This document shows, one piece after another, positions 9,096 to 18,860 of a DNA stretch of 64,000 nucleotides. Both the position numbers and the translations under genes were made by a program. The notes beneath the pieces were generated by a model. The model was not told where the DNA came from. It worked only from the letters and a program-made list of their open reading frames with translations, and made no database searches. The stretch comes from an uncultured beta proteobacterium (GTDB lineage: Bacteria > Pseudomonadota > Gammaproteobacteria > Burkholderiales > SG8-39), in contig CAVVGT010000014.1 of the NCBI GenBank assembly GCA_963747775.1, forward strand, positions 182,684 to 246,683, written 5' to 3'. Numbering within the stretch: the stretch's first letter is position 1; each line of letters starts with the position of its first letter.

Positions 9096-10061
9096 CTATT
9101 CGGGCTTCAAGCCTGCCTGTTGGATGAGCGTTGCGTTAAGAACGACTTCCTTTTCGACGTGCGCTGCAAACTCGGCCGGCGACATGACCATAGGATCGAC
9201 GCCAAGCGCTGCGAGTTTCCCGCGCGCCTTGGGTGCCTGCAGCGCGTTCAGCGTTTCGCGATTGAGTCTGTTCACAATGTCCGAAGGCGTCTTGGCCGGC
9301 ACGAATAGCGCGAACCAGATGGGGTATTCAGCCGCTTTGATGCCGGCTTCGCTAAGCGTCGGGACATCGGGTAGCACCGTGGAACGGCTCGACCCGTTGA
9401 CCGCAAGGGCGCGAAGCTTGCCTTCGCGGATATGCGGCAGCACGAGTGCGACTGGGCCCAAGAAGAAATCGACGCGCCCCGCGATGACTTCCAACATGGC
9501 TTCCGCGCCGCCCTTGAAGGGCACATGCACGGCCTCGATTCCTGCGCTCGACACGAAACGCTCGGCGCTCAAATGGGTCGCACTACCGACGCCGACCGAT
9601 GAAAAATTCAAAGCGCCCGGTCGCGCCTTGGCCGCGGCGACGAGTTCCGCGGCCGAGTTAACGCCTTTGGCAGGCGATACGACGAGAACGGCGGGCGAAA
9701 TGCCGACCGGCACCACGGCGACGAAGTCGCGCGCTGGGTGGTAGGGCAAGCTCTTGTAAAGCGCCGGTGCAATAGTGTGGGCCGAGCCGTGTGCAAGAAT
9801 CGTGTAGCCGTCTGGTTCGGATTTCGCGACGACGGCGCTGCCGATCGTTCCGCCCGCGCCGACTCGGTTCTCGACGACGATCGGCTGCCCGAGCTGAGCC
9901 GACAACTGTTCAAGAACAAACCGATGCACGATGTCAGTGGAGCTTCCTGCGCCGACCGGTACGATCGCTCGCAGGGGTTTTGTCGGCCACGCTTGGGCCG
10001 CAGCCTCGAACACGAGTAACGGCAACGCGAACGCTGAGATCGCCAGCAGATAACGCTTCAT
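9096..10061 (-). CDS. Bug (TctC) family tripartite tricarboxylate transporter substrate-binding protein
   Basis: Signal peptide MKRYLLAISAFALPLLVFEAAAQA, then WPTKPLRAIVPVGAGSSTD, and C-terminal SPAEFAAHVEKEVVLNATLIQQAGLKPE, which are hallmark Bug blocks. I chose the start at 10061; the ORF-track start at 10097 adds 12 aa. Confidence 0.85.
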   Translation of the reverse strand: MKRYLLAISAFALPLLVFEAAAQAWPTKPLRAIVPVGAGSSTDIVHRFVLEQLSAQLGQPIVVENRVGAGGTIGSAVVAKSEPDGYTILAHGSAHTIAPALYKSLPYHPARDFVAVVPVGISPAVLVVSPAKGVNSAAELVAAAKARPGALNFSSVGVGSATHLSAERFVSSAGIEAVHVPFKGGAEAMLEVIAGRVDFFLGPVALVLPHIREGKLRALAVNGSSRSTVLPDVPTLSEAGIKAAEYPIWFALFVPAKTPSDIVNRLNRETLNALQAPKARGKLAALGVDPMVMSPAEFAAHVEKEVVLNATLIQQAGLKPE

Positions 10062-10141
10062 GGCAGCCTCCTTGTGGGAAGACAAATCCATTCTCAAGGC
10101 CGGCTATTCATAAGTCCAATATATACTTTCGCTAGCTCGTT

Positions 10142-10156
10142 ATGCCGCTGCGGCAT
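10142..10156. promoter_or_regulatory. Perfect 15-bp palindrome ATGCCGC-T-GCGGCAT with a T-N11-A core; candidate LysR-type operator
   Basis: Read directly in the 107-bp divergent region between the Bug gene (start 10061, -) and the LysR gene (start 10169, +). LysR sites classically contain T-N11-A dyads. It could equally be a 5'-UTR hairpin. Confidence 0.35.
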
Positions 10157-10168
10157 TAACATCTCGCC

Positions 10169-11095
10169 ATGGATCTGCGCCATATCCGCACGTTTGTGAC
10201 CGTGGCCGAGCTCGGCACGGTGTCGAAAGCCGCTTTGCGTCTCCATGTCGCGCAGCCAGCGCTCTCGCGACAGATCGCCAACCTCGAGGATCAACTCGGC
10301 CTCAGGCTCTTCGATCGCGTCGGCCGCCGGCTGTTTCTCACGAGCGAAGGCGAGCAACTGCTGAGTAACTGCCGGGGCCTATTGAACTATGCGCGCGCCT
10401 TGGGCGAGCAGGCGCATGTGCTCCGACGCGGGGATGTCGGCGTGCTGCGCGTGTCAGCGTCGCCGCACCTGATCGAAGGGATTTTTCCCGATCTCTTGCG
10501 TCGCTATGCCGAGCGCTATCCGAACGTGCACGTGAGGCTAATCGACGCCGTGGGCGCGGAATCGTTCGCGATGTTAGAGCGCGGCGAGATTCATCTTGTG
10601 CAAACGGGGGTTCGCGCCATCGCGCCGGACGAGCAACGCTTTGCCAGTTATCCGCTTGCGCCGATGGAGATGCTGGCCGCCTGTCATCCGAGCATCAAGC
10701 TTGGCAAGGACGGCAAAGTCGAGATCGACCGCCTCGCGCCTTACCCGTTGCTGCACGCGACCACCGATTTCCTCATGCGGAGGCACTTCGATGCGGCATG
10801 CCGCATGGCGGGGTTCACGCCGAACTATGTATTGGAATGCCGTGCGCCGCACGCGCTGCTCGCCATGGCTGAGGCGGGGCACGGCGTGGCAATCATTCCG
10901 TCGGCGTTGCGCGTTCACCGCTACACGTTGCGACGCATGCGCGTCATGTACCGGGGCAAGCCGTTAGATGAGCCGTTGGCGATGCTGTGGGACAAACGGC
11001 GCCCGTTGCCGGCATACGCGAAAGTGTTTTGCGAGATGGTCGCCGAGCACGTACAGCAGGCGTTCCCGATCAAGCGGCAATTCCGGCGAGCTTAG
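10169..11095 (+). CDS. LysR family transcriptional regulator
   Basis: 308-aa ORF. The N-terminal wHTH reads MDLRHIRTFVTVAELGTVSKAALRLHVAQPALSRQIANLEDQLGLRLFDR. Divergent from the Bug gene. Confidence 0.9.
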   Translation: MDLRHIRTFVTVAELGTVSKAALRLHVAQPALSRQIANLEDQLGLRLFDRVGRRLFLTSEGEQLLSNCRGLLNYARALGEQAHVLRRGDVGVLRVSASPHLIEGIFPDLLRRYAERYPNVHVRLIDAVGAESFAMLERGEIHLVQTGVRAIAPDEQRFASYPLAPMEMLAACHPSIKLGKDGKVEIDRLAPYPLLHATTDFLMRRHFDAACRMAGFTPNYVLECRAPHALLAMAEAGHGVAIIPSALRVHRYTLRRMRVMYRGKPLDEPLAMLWDKRRPLPAYAKVFCEMVAEHVQQAFPIKRQFRRA

Positions 11096-11690
11096 CGGCA
11101 GCGCTTGTGCTTAGCGCGTCGTGGCGCCGGCGACCGTTGCGTTCCCAGTCGAAGAAGCTGCGCTCGGGCGCGCACGAACGTCCGCTCGTCTCACACTCGA
11201 CGGGCGGCTTTGGGTCGATTCTGTTGAAAAACTCGAACTCTGCTGACGATTGAAAAATGAGAGCCTTGTAGGGGCGCGCAGCTTGATTCGAGCTGAGGGG
11301 ATACACGGAGGAGTTGATATCGCGACCTAGGGCCTCTGATTGGTCCAGAAGCGGAAATTGGATAGCATTTTCGGTTGGATCCACGTCCTGCGGAAACTTG
11401 CCGTCCTCCCAATTTCGGGTTTTTCAACGGAATAGGTCGGACCCGGCCGTTGAGCTAGCGCCCGATTTGCCGGTCGTGACTCGTTTGCGACCAAGACAGA
11501 TTGGCTGTGCCCGAGCGGCGACTGAGAAGGATTGATTTCGAAGGCGGCAAGCGCCGCAATCGCCTGATTGGCAGGAACGCTGGACCAGTACTGATCGTCT
11601 TAAGCCCAAGGGCGGATGAGATCGGTAAGCGCCCGGTACGTATTCTCGGGCCACTCTGCGAGCACTTCATTGCGCCGCGGAGGGGCGATC

Positions 11691-11882
11691 ATGGCCCGCA
11701 CGTCGAAGCTTTCCGGATATGCCCTTAACGCGTGCGCATTCGCGCTCGGCGCGTGGATCGCCGCGACGGCCCTCGAGCCGGCGGAGGCGAGCCCGGGCGC
11801 GGCGCCGCTCGCGGAAGCCGCCGAAGACGCCGCCAGCGCGCCGACGACGGTCGACTACGGCCCGCACCTCACTTTGCGCTGA
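11691..11882 (+). CDS. Hypothetical small protein with N-terminal hydrophobic segment
   Basis: 63-aa ORF MARTSKLSGYALNACAFALGAWIAATALEP..., with GGAGG about 7 nt upstream and high GC3. No family recognised. Confidence 0.3.
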   Translation: MARTSKLSGYALNACAFALGAWIAATALEPAEASPGAAPLAEAAEDAASAPTTVDYGPHLTLR

Positions 11883-11906
11883 GCGCAGACGAAGAACGGC
11901 CAACGA

Positions 11907-12887
11907 CTAGGGCGTGACCGGCGTCGCGCGCGGCAGCGGCAGATTCCTCGCCGCCACGACCTCGCGCAGCCGGTCCGGATAGTCGCTGATCAGGCCGTCG
12001 ACGCCCAGGTCGATCAAACGCTCCATCTCCGCACGCTCGTTGACCGTCCAGGGCAGGATCGTGAGGCCGAGCGACTTCGCTTCCTTCACGAGCGCTTCGG
12101 TCACGTCGACGGCGTTCGGCGACCAGATCCTCCCGCCCGCGGCCTTTACCATCTTCGGGACCGAGCCGTGATCGCGGTAGCGGATGCCGGCGGTCCAGGG
12201 CGAGTCTTCGCGATGCCCCGCCTGGATGTTGTCGAGCGCCTGCTGCTGCGAGCTGAGGTAGGAGGTCGCGATCTCGGGCGCCTCCTTCTGCACGATCGCG
12301 AGGGTGCGCCAGTCGAACGATTGGATGGTGGTGCGGCCCGCCATCCCATTGGCGCGGACGACCTTGATGAGCGCGCGCACGAACACGTCCGGCGGCGCCG
12401 TGTCCTCGGGCGTCTCGGGCGAGAGCTTGGTCTCGATATTGAAGCGCACTTCGGCGTTGCGCGCGTGGCGCGTCAGCTCGAACACCTCGTCGAGCGTGGG
12501 GATGCGCACCTTGTCCTGGCGGCGCTGCTCGGGGAAGCGCCTCGAATAGTCGCTGCCCGGCTTGATGCGGCCGACGTCGTAGCGCTGGAGCTCGTGGTAG
12601 GTCAACTCGCGAATCGCGGGCGTGCGACCGGTGAGCCACCGACCGTCGGGTCCCCGCGCGATGTCCGGGTTCAGGCGCCGGTCGTGGGCGATCACCACGA
12701 CGTCGTCCTCGGTCACGCCAGCGTCCATCTCGAGCGTCGTGACGCCGATCGAGAGCGCACGCGCGAACGCAGGGAGCGTGTTCTCGGGCGCAAGGCCGCG
12801 CGCACCGCGGTGGCCCTGGAGGTCGAAGGCGGCGGCGTGGTCGGTCATGAGCGCGAGCGCGGCGGCGAGGGCGGCGGAACGCAGCAC
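11907..12887 (-). CDS. Glycerophosphodiester phosphodiesterase (GDPD family), exported
   Basis: 326-aa ORF with a signal peptide, then DLQGHRGARGLAPENTLPAF (the GDPD HRG...E motif). Confidence 0.85.
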   Translation of the reverse strand: MLRSAALAAALALMTDHAAAFDLQGHRGARGLAPENTLPAFARALSIGVTTLEMDAGVTEDDVVVIAHDRRLNPDIARGPDGRWLTGRTPAIRELTYHELQRYDVGRIKPGSDYSRRFPEQRRQDKVRIPTLDEVFELTRHARNAEVRFNIETKLSPETPEDTAPPDVFVRALIKVVRANGMAGRTTIQSFDWRTLAIVQKEAPEIATSYLSSQQQALDNIQAGHREDSPWTAGIRYRDHGSVPKMVKAAGGRIWSPNAVDVTEALVKEAKSLGLTILPWTVNERAEMERLIDLGVDGLISDYPDRLREVVAARNLPLPRATPVTP

Positions 12888-12973
12888 GGGTTGGGCTAGA
12901 ATCCAGGTCGTTCTGTTCGCGGCGCCAAGTCTATCCCGGCGCCGCGACTTCCGACATCGTCCCGGATCTCGCC

Positions 12974-13615
12974 ATGGTGAAGGTTTACTCGATCGACGGC
13001 ATCACTCCGGTGGTGCATCCCGAGGCGTACGTCCATCCGAGCGCGGTGCTGATCGGCGACGTGATTGTCGGTCCCCGCGCGTACATCGGCCCTTCCGCGA
13101 GCCTGCGCGGCGACTTCGGCCGCATCGTCATCGAGCAGGGCGCCAACATCCAGGACTGCTGCGTCGTCCACGGGTTTCCGGGCTCCGACACGGTGATCGA
13201 GGAGGACGGCCACATCGGCCACGGCGCGATCGTGCACGGCGCCCGCATCTGCCGCAACGCGCTCGTCGGCATTCATGCAGTGGTGAACGACAACGCCGTG
13301 GTCGGCGATTCGGCGATTGTCGCGGCGCTCGCGTTCGTCAAGGCCGAGACGAAGATCCCGCCGCGCTCGCTCGCCGCGGGCATCCCGGCGACGGTGCGGC
13401 GCGAGTTGAGCGCGCAGGAGCTCACCTGGAAGGCCGACGCGACGCGCCTGTACCAGGAGCTGGCGGTGCGGAGCCTGGGCACGATGCGCGAGACCGAGGC
13501 GCTGACCGCGGTCGAGACGGACCGCAAGCGCCTCGCCCTGCCCGAGGTGCTGCCGCTGTCGGAGTGGAAGGCCAAGTACTCGGCAGGCGGCGACGGCGGG
13601 GCGATCGAGCAATGA
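12974..13615 (+). CDS. paaY: PaaY-like hexapeptide-repeat (gamma-carbonic-anhydrase fold) protein
   Basis: 213-aa ORF colinear with E. coli PaaY from memory. Shared blocks: [57 protein letters not shown]. Confidence 0.8.
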   Translation: MVKVYSIDGITPVVHPEAYVHPSAVLIGDVIVGPRAYIGPSASLRGDFGRIVIEQGANIQDCCVVHGFPGSDTVIEEDGHIGHGAIVHGARICRNALVGIHAVVNDNAVVGDSAIVAALAFVKAETKIPPRSLAAGIPATVRRELSAQELTWKADATRLYQELAVRSLGTMRETEALTAVETDRKRLALPEVLPLSEWKAKYSAGGDGGAIEQ

Positions 13616-14361
13616 CGGCGCTTTCCTTCGCGGCCCGGCTGCGCCGGCGCGATCTGCTGCTCGGGACCATCGTGACGCTCGCGAGCCCCGAGGTCACCGA
13701 GATTCTGTCGACCTCCGGCCTCGACTGGCTGTTCATCGATGGCGAGCACTCGCCGATCGATTTCCTTGCGGCGCAGACCCTACTCGCCACCTCTCGCGTG
13801 CCATGCCTGATGCGCGTGCCCGAGGCGACCGAGGCGATGCTCAAGAAGGCGCTCGACATCGGCGCCGCCGGCGTGATCGTGCCGATGGTCAACAGCGCGC
13901 AGCAGGCGAAAGCGATCGTGTCGTTCTGCAAGTACCCGCCGCGCGGCGTGCGCGGGGTGGGGCGCGTGCGCGCGCAGGGCTACGGCTTCGACTTCGCGCG
14001 CTACATGGCGCAGGCGAACGACGAAACGGTTGTGGTCGTGCAGTGCGAGCATATCAGCGCGGTCGAGGCGATCGAGTCGATCGTCGCCGTCGAGGGCGTC
14101 GACGCGGTGCTGGTGGGGCCGTACGACCTCTCGGGCAGCATGGGCCTCTCCGGCCAGGTCGAGCATCCGGACGTGCTCGCCGCGATCAGGCGCGTCGCGG
14201 AGGTCTGCGGCAGGGCGGGCCGCGCGCTCGGCATTTTCACCGCCGAGCCGGCGAAGATGAAGCCGTTCATCGCGCAGGGCTATACCCTGGCGGCGGTCGG
14301 CGTCGACGTGGCCGCGCTCGGCGACGCCGCCCGCGCGACGGTCAAGATCCTGCGGGAATAG
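13612..14361 (+). CDS. HpcH/HpaI family aldolase
   Basis: 249-aa ORF from the ATG at 13612 (ATGA overlap with the paaY stop). Blocks: [59 protein letters not shown]. The upstream 330 aa of ORF-track entry 12622..14361 are not part of it. Confidence 0.8.
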   Translation: MTALSFAARLRRRDLLLGTIVTLASPEVTEILSTSGLDWLFIDGEHSPIDFLAAQTLLATSRVPCLMRVPEATEAMLKKALDIGAAGVIVPMVNSAQQAKAIVSFCKYPPRGVRGVGRVRAQGYGFDFARYMAQANDETVVVVQCEHISAVEAIESIVAVEGVDAVLVGPYDLSGSMGLSGQVEHPDVLAAIRRVAEVCGRAGRALGIFTAEPAKMKPFIAQGYTLAAVGVDVAALGDAARATVKILRE

Positions 14362-14420
14362 GCGCGGCGGGTCCGCGCATCCTTTCCCCTTCCTCCTTAC
14401 CCATTACCGGAGCGCAGCGC

Positions 14421-15194
14421 ATGTACGAAAACATCCTCGTCGAGACCCGCGGCCGCGTCGGCCTCGTCACCCTCAATCGCCCGAAGGCGCTCAACGCGCT
14501 CAACGACCCGCTCATGAACGAGCTCGGCGACGCCCTCGCGAAGTTCGAGGCGGACGAGAACATCGGCGCGATCGTCATCACCGGCAGCGAGAAGGCCTTC
14601 GCGGCCGGCGCGGACATCGGCGCGATGAAGGACTGGGGCTACATGGACGTCTACAAGTCCGAGTACATCACGCGCAACTGGGAGAAGCTGAAGCAGGTGC
14701 GCAAGCCGGTGATCGCGGCGGTGGCGGGCTATGCGCTGGGCGGCGGCTGCGAGCTCGCGCTGATGTGCGACATCGTCATCGCGGCCGAGACGGCGAAGTT
14801 CGGCCAGCCCGAGATCAAGCTCGGCGTCATCCCGGGCGCGGGCGGCACCCAGCGCCTGCCGCGCGCGGTCGGCAAGTCCAAGGCGATGGACATGATCCTC
14901 ACCGCACGCAACATGGACGCGCAGGAGGCCGAGCGCGCCGGCCTCGTGTCGCGCATCGTGCCCGCCGACAGGCTCCTCGACGAGGCGCTCGCGGTCGCGG
15001 CCGCGATCTGCGAGTTCTCGCTGCCGATCGTGATGGCGGCCAAGGAATCGGTCAACCGCGCCTACGAAAGCTCGCTCGCCGAGGGCATCCTCTTCGAGCG
15101 CCGCACGTTCCACTCGCTCTTCGCCACCGAGGACCAGAAGGAAGGGATGCGGGCGTTCGTGGAGAAGCGCAAGCCTTCGTTCAGGCATCGTTGA
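14421..15194 (+). CDS. Enoyl-CoA hydratase (crotonase family, short-chain type)
   Basis: 257-aa ORF. Blocks: [59 protein letters not shown]. Confidence 0.9.
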   Translation: MYENILVETRGRVGLVTLNRPKALNALNDPLMNELGDALAKFEADENIGAIVITGSEKAFAAGADIGAMKDWGYMDVYKSEYITRNWEKLKQVRKPVIAAVAGYALGGGCELALMCDIVIAAETAKFGQPEIKLGVIPGAGGTQRLPRAVGKSKAMDMILTARNMDAQEAERAGLVSRIVPADRLLDEALAVAAAICEFSLPIVMAAKESVNRAYESSLAEGILFERRTFHSLFATEDQKEGMRAFVEKRKPSFRHR

Positions 15195-15274
15195 ACGAAG
15201 CACCCGCCACGGTGAGCGCAGCGTTCAAGGAGAGAAGCTGAACATCGCGGTGGCGCAAGCCCGGTCCCTGTTCC

Positions 15275-16472
15275 GTGCCCGCTGTGGCTAGGTCGCCGGC
15301 GCGTCTCATCGCGTGGGTGTGCCTCGCCCACGTCTTCAGCATGACCGGCTTCGCGTCTTACCCGGCACTCCTGCCGATGCTGCAGGCCGAGTGGGCCATG
15401 TCGAACACCGAGGCGGGGTTGGTCAGCGGGCTCTTCTTCGCCGGCTACATGGCCGCGGTGCCGGTGCTCACCACGCTCACCGATCGCCTCGACGCGCGCC
15501 GGATCTATCTGGTCGCAAGCCTCGTCGCCGCGGTGGGCACCGCGGCCTTTGCCCTGTACGCGGACGGTCCGGTGGTCGGCGGGCTGTGCCAGCTGTTCGT
15601 CGGCGTCGGGATCGCTGGCACCTACATGCCCGGCTTGCGCGCGCTGACGGACAACACGCACGGTCCGGCCCAGACGCGCGCAGTGTCCTTCTATACCGCC
15701 TTCTTCGGCGTCGGCGTGAGTCTGTCGCTCGTCCTCGCGCAGCAGGTCGCCGCAGGCGCATGGCTGGCGTTGGGCGTTCGCGGTGCGCGGCCATCGGGCC
15801 GCTCGTCTCGGCGGCGATGGTGCTCGCCGGATTGCCGCCGCGGGCCGCGCGCGGTGCAGTGCGGACGCGCGGCTCCTCGACTTCCGGCCGGTGCTCGCGA
15901 ACCGCGAGGCGAGCCGCTACATCTACGGGTACGCGGTGCATTGCTGGGAACTGTTCGGCTCGCGCTCGTGGATGGTGGCGTTCCTCACGTTCGCCCAGAC
16001 GATCGCGCCGGCGCCGCTGTCGCCGGCGGCCATCCACGCGCTCGCCAACCTCGGCTCGCCGGTCGCGAGCATCGTCGGCAACGAAGCGGCGCTCCGCGTC
16101 GGGCGTGCGCGCGTGATCGTCGCCGGGATGATGCTCTCGGGGTTGCTGACCTGCGTGCTCGGCTTCGCGGCGGCGGCGTCCTGGCTGCTCGTCGCCGCGC
16201 TCGTCGTGCTGCACATGCTGCTGGTGATGAGCGACTCCTCGACGCTCACCGCGGGCATGGTCGGCGCCGCCGACCCGCGACTGAAGGGCGCGACGATGGC
16301 GGTGCATTCGACGCTCGGCTTCGGCGCGGGCTTCGTGTCGCCGCTCGTGTTCGGCGCCGCGCTCGACCTTGCCGGCGGCAACCGGTCGATCACGGCGTGG
16401 GGCATCGCCTTCGCGACGCTCGGCGCGGGCGCGCTCGTCGCCCCGGCGCTTCTCGGCTTCACGCGGCGATGA
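15275..16472 (+). pseudogene. MFS transporter, interrupted by at least 3 frame changes
   Basis: The N-terminal ~160 aa are in ORF 15275... The stretch GWRWAFAV is in a second frame. AAIGPLVSAAMVLAGLPP is in ORF 15313... The C-terminal ~200 aa (ARLLDFRPVLANREASRYIYGYAVHCWELFG...) are in ORF 15783..16472. All changes fall between about 15760 and 15870. Confidence 0.7.
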
Positions 16473-17688
16473 CGGCACTCTCGCAGCGGCGCGAGCGCTG
16501 GCTGCTGCTGACGCTCGCCGCCGTGCAGTTCGCGACGGTCTTCGATTTCATGATCCCGATGCCGCTCGGCGCGCAGCTGATGCAGCTCTTCGATCTCACG
16601 CCGACGCAGTTCGGCCTGCTCGTGTCCGTCTACATGGTGACCGCGTCGGCGGTCGGATTCGCGGCGTCGTTCGTGGTCGACCGCTTCGACCGGCGCGCGA
16701 TCCTCCTCGCGCTCTGCGCCGGCTTCGCCGCCACCACGGTGCTGACCGCGACGGCGCAGAGCTACGCCTGGCTGCTCGCCGCGCGCGCGACGGCGGGCGC
16801 GTTCGGCGGCGTGCTCGCCGCGACCGTCCTCGCCATCGTCGGCGACACGGTCCCGGACGGCCGGCGCGGGCGCGCCCTCGGCGTCGTGATGAGCGGGCCG
16901 TCGTTCGCGTCGATCCTCGGGATCCCGATCTCGATCTGGCTCGCGGCGTCGTCGTCGTGGCGCGCGCCGTTCTTCTTCAACACGGCCCTGTGCGCGGCGA
17001 TCCTCGCCGCGGCGTTCGTGTACGTCCCGCGGGTGCACGCGCACGTCGCAGCGGCGCGCGGCCGCTCGGCGCTCGCGCAGATCTCCGCCGTTTTCGGGCG
17101 CCGGAATCACCTGCGCGCGTTCGCCCTGACGATCGCCCTGAACTTCTCCGGCTTCCTCATCGTGCCGTTCATCGCACCGTACTTCATCAGCAACGTGGGG
17201 ATCAGCCAGACCGAGCTGCCGGTCACTTACTTCTGCGGCGGCCTCGCGGCACTCGTGTTCGTGCGGTTACATCGGCCGGCTGACCGATCTCCACGGACGG
17301 CGCCGCATGTTCGTGCTCGTCGCGAGCGCATCGGCGTTCGCGACCCTGCTCGTCACGCACCTGCCGCCGGTCGCGCTGTGGGGCGCCGTGATCGCCCAGG
17401 TCCTCATCATGTCGACATTTCCCGGGCGCTACGTGCCGGCGGTGGCGATCCTTCAGGGCGCGGTGGTGCCGGAGCTCCGTGGCAGCTTCATGAGCCTGAA
17501 CGCGGCGCTGCAGCAGCTCTCGGCCGGAATCGCCTCGCTGGTCGCGGCCGCGATGGTCGGTCGCGGGCCGGGCGGAGAGCTGACCGTACTTCGGGACGGT
17601 CGGCTGGCTGTCGATCCTCGCGACCGGCTCGCGCGATCGCGGTCGCCACCACGGTCCGGCCGGCGGCACCGCCCCGCTACAATCCTGA
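16469..17688 (+). pseudogene. Second MFS transporter, interrupted by at least 3 frame changes
   Basis: ATGA overlap with the previous gene. The N-terminal ~265 aa (MTALSQRRERWLLLTLAAVQFATVFDFMIPMPLG...) are in the 15275 frame. IGRLTDLHGRRRMFVLVASASAFATLL... is in the 17307 frame. The C-terminal YFGTVGWLSILATG / AIAVATTVRPA pieces are in the other two frames. The true stop is uncertain. Confidence 0.65.
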
Positions 17689-17689
17689 A

Positions 17690-18714
17690 ATGCCAATGTC
17701 ATCGCATCCGCGCGCCTTCGCGCTTGCCGCGCTCGTCGTGCAGGCCGCGTCCGCCCGCCGCAGGGACGCGAGGTCGCGGTCGGCCCGACCGGCGACTACG
17801 AGATCGCCGTTGCGCACGACGGCCGCACGCGCACTGCGCTCGTTCACGTGCCGGACCGGGTCGCGGACGGGACCCGGCCGGTCCCGGTCGTCCTCAATTT
17901 CCACGGCGGCGGCGGCAACGCCGCGCGCACCGCGACTACGTCCGCATGGACGCGCTCGCCGACCGCGAGGGCTTCATCGTCGTGTACCCGAACGGCACCG
18001 GCCGTCTCGAGGAGAAGCTGCTCACCTGGAACGCCGGCCTGTGCTGCGGGTACGCGAGGACGGAGAAGGTCGACGACGTCGGCTTCGTGCGCGCGCTGCT
18101 CGCGGCGCTCGCGACGCGCGCACCGATCGACACGGCGCGGGTCTACGCGACCGGCCTCTCCAACGGCGCGATGCTGAGCTACCGCCTCGCCGCGCAGCTC
18201 TCCGACCGCATCGCGGCGCTGCGCCCGTCGCGGGGAGCATGGTGCTGCCCGAGCCGCGAGCCGACGATCGCGCCGGCGCTCGCCGTTCCCGGGCAGCGCG
18301 CGGTGCCGATCCTCCACATCCACAGCATCGACGACAAACGCGCGCTCTACTTCGGCGGCCTGGGTGAACCGTTCCCGTTCACCGACGTCCGCACCCGCCA
18401 TCCGAACGCGGAGGAGGTGCTCTACCGCTGGGTCGCCTTCGGGAGTGCGCGCCGAAGCCGGTGCTCGAGGAGGTGCGTCAGGGCGCCGCCGGTACGCCGA
18501 CCGCGGCGCACACCGCGTCGCGGTACGTCTTCGACGGCTGCCGCGACGGCGGCGAGATCGCGCTGTGGAAGCTCACCGGCGCAGGGCACGTCTGGCCGGG
18601 CGGCCGCGCGACTACCTTCCGCGCCTGCTCGGCCCGGGTACCGACGTCATCGACGCCAACGAGGAGATGTGGAAGTTCTTCAGGCGGTTCGCGCTGCCGC
18701 CGGCACGGAGCTGA
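17690..18714 (+). pseudogene. PHB-depolymerase-family esterase (LpqC/COG3509-like), exported, at least 4 frame changes
   Basis: Signal peptide MPMSSHPRAFALAALVVQAASA. The pieces VPDRVADGTRPVPVVLNFHGGGGNAA, MDALADREGFIVVYPNGTG...WNAGLCCGY...GLSNGAMLSYRLA, PILHIHSIDDKRA and DVIDANEEMWKFFRRF lie in different frames. Confidence 0.65.
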
Positions 18715-18745
18715 GAAACGGCAAGGCAAGGGCGGAAGAGGAATG

Positions 18746-18768
18746 GGCGCGCGTCGCGCGCCTTTTTT
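18746..18768 (+). terminator. Rho-independent terminator
   Basis: GGCGCGC-gtc-GCGCGCC stem-loop followed directly by TTTTTT, about 30 nt after the esterase stop. Confidence 0.7.
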
Positions 18769-18860
18769 CATTTCCCTTTTCCGGCGTCTCCGCTTGCGCT
18801 ACCCTGCGCCACGCGCCTGCGACGATGTGCATCGGAGGCCCGGCCAATCGAGGAGGCAAG

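Noticed and set aside
7924-11690. IS element or transposase in the flanks of the lower-GC island (7924-8276 and 11096-11690).
   Set aside because: I found no DDE- or integrase-like peptide, no terminal inverted repeats and no target-site duplication. The flanks contain only short unassignable frame fragments.
12622-14361. A 579-aa ORF spanning the GDPD and paaY regions.
   Set aside because: Only the last 249 codons (from ATG 13612) read as a real protein (HpcH/HpaI aldolase). The N-terminal part is antisense to, or out of frame with, well-supported genes.
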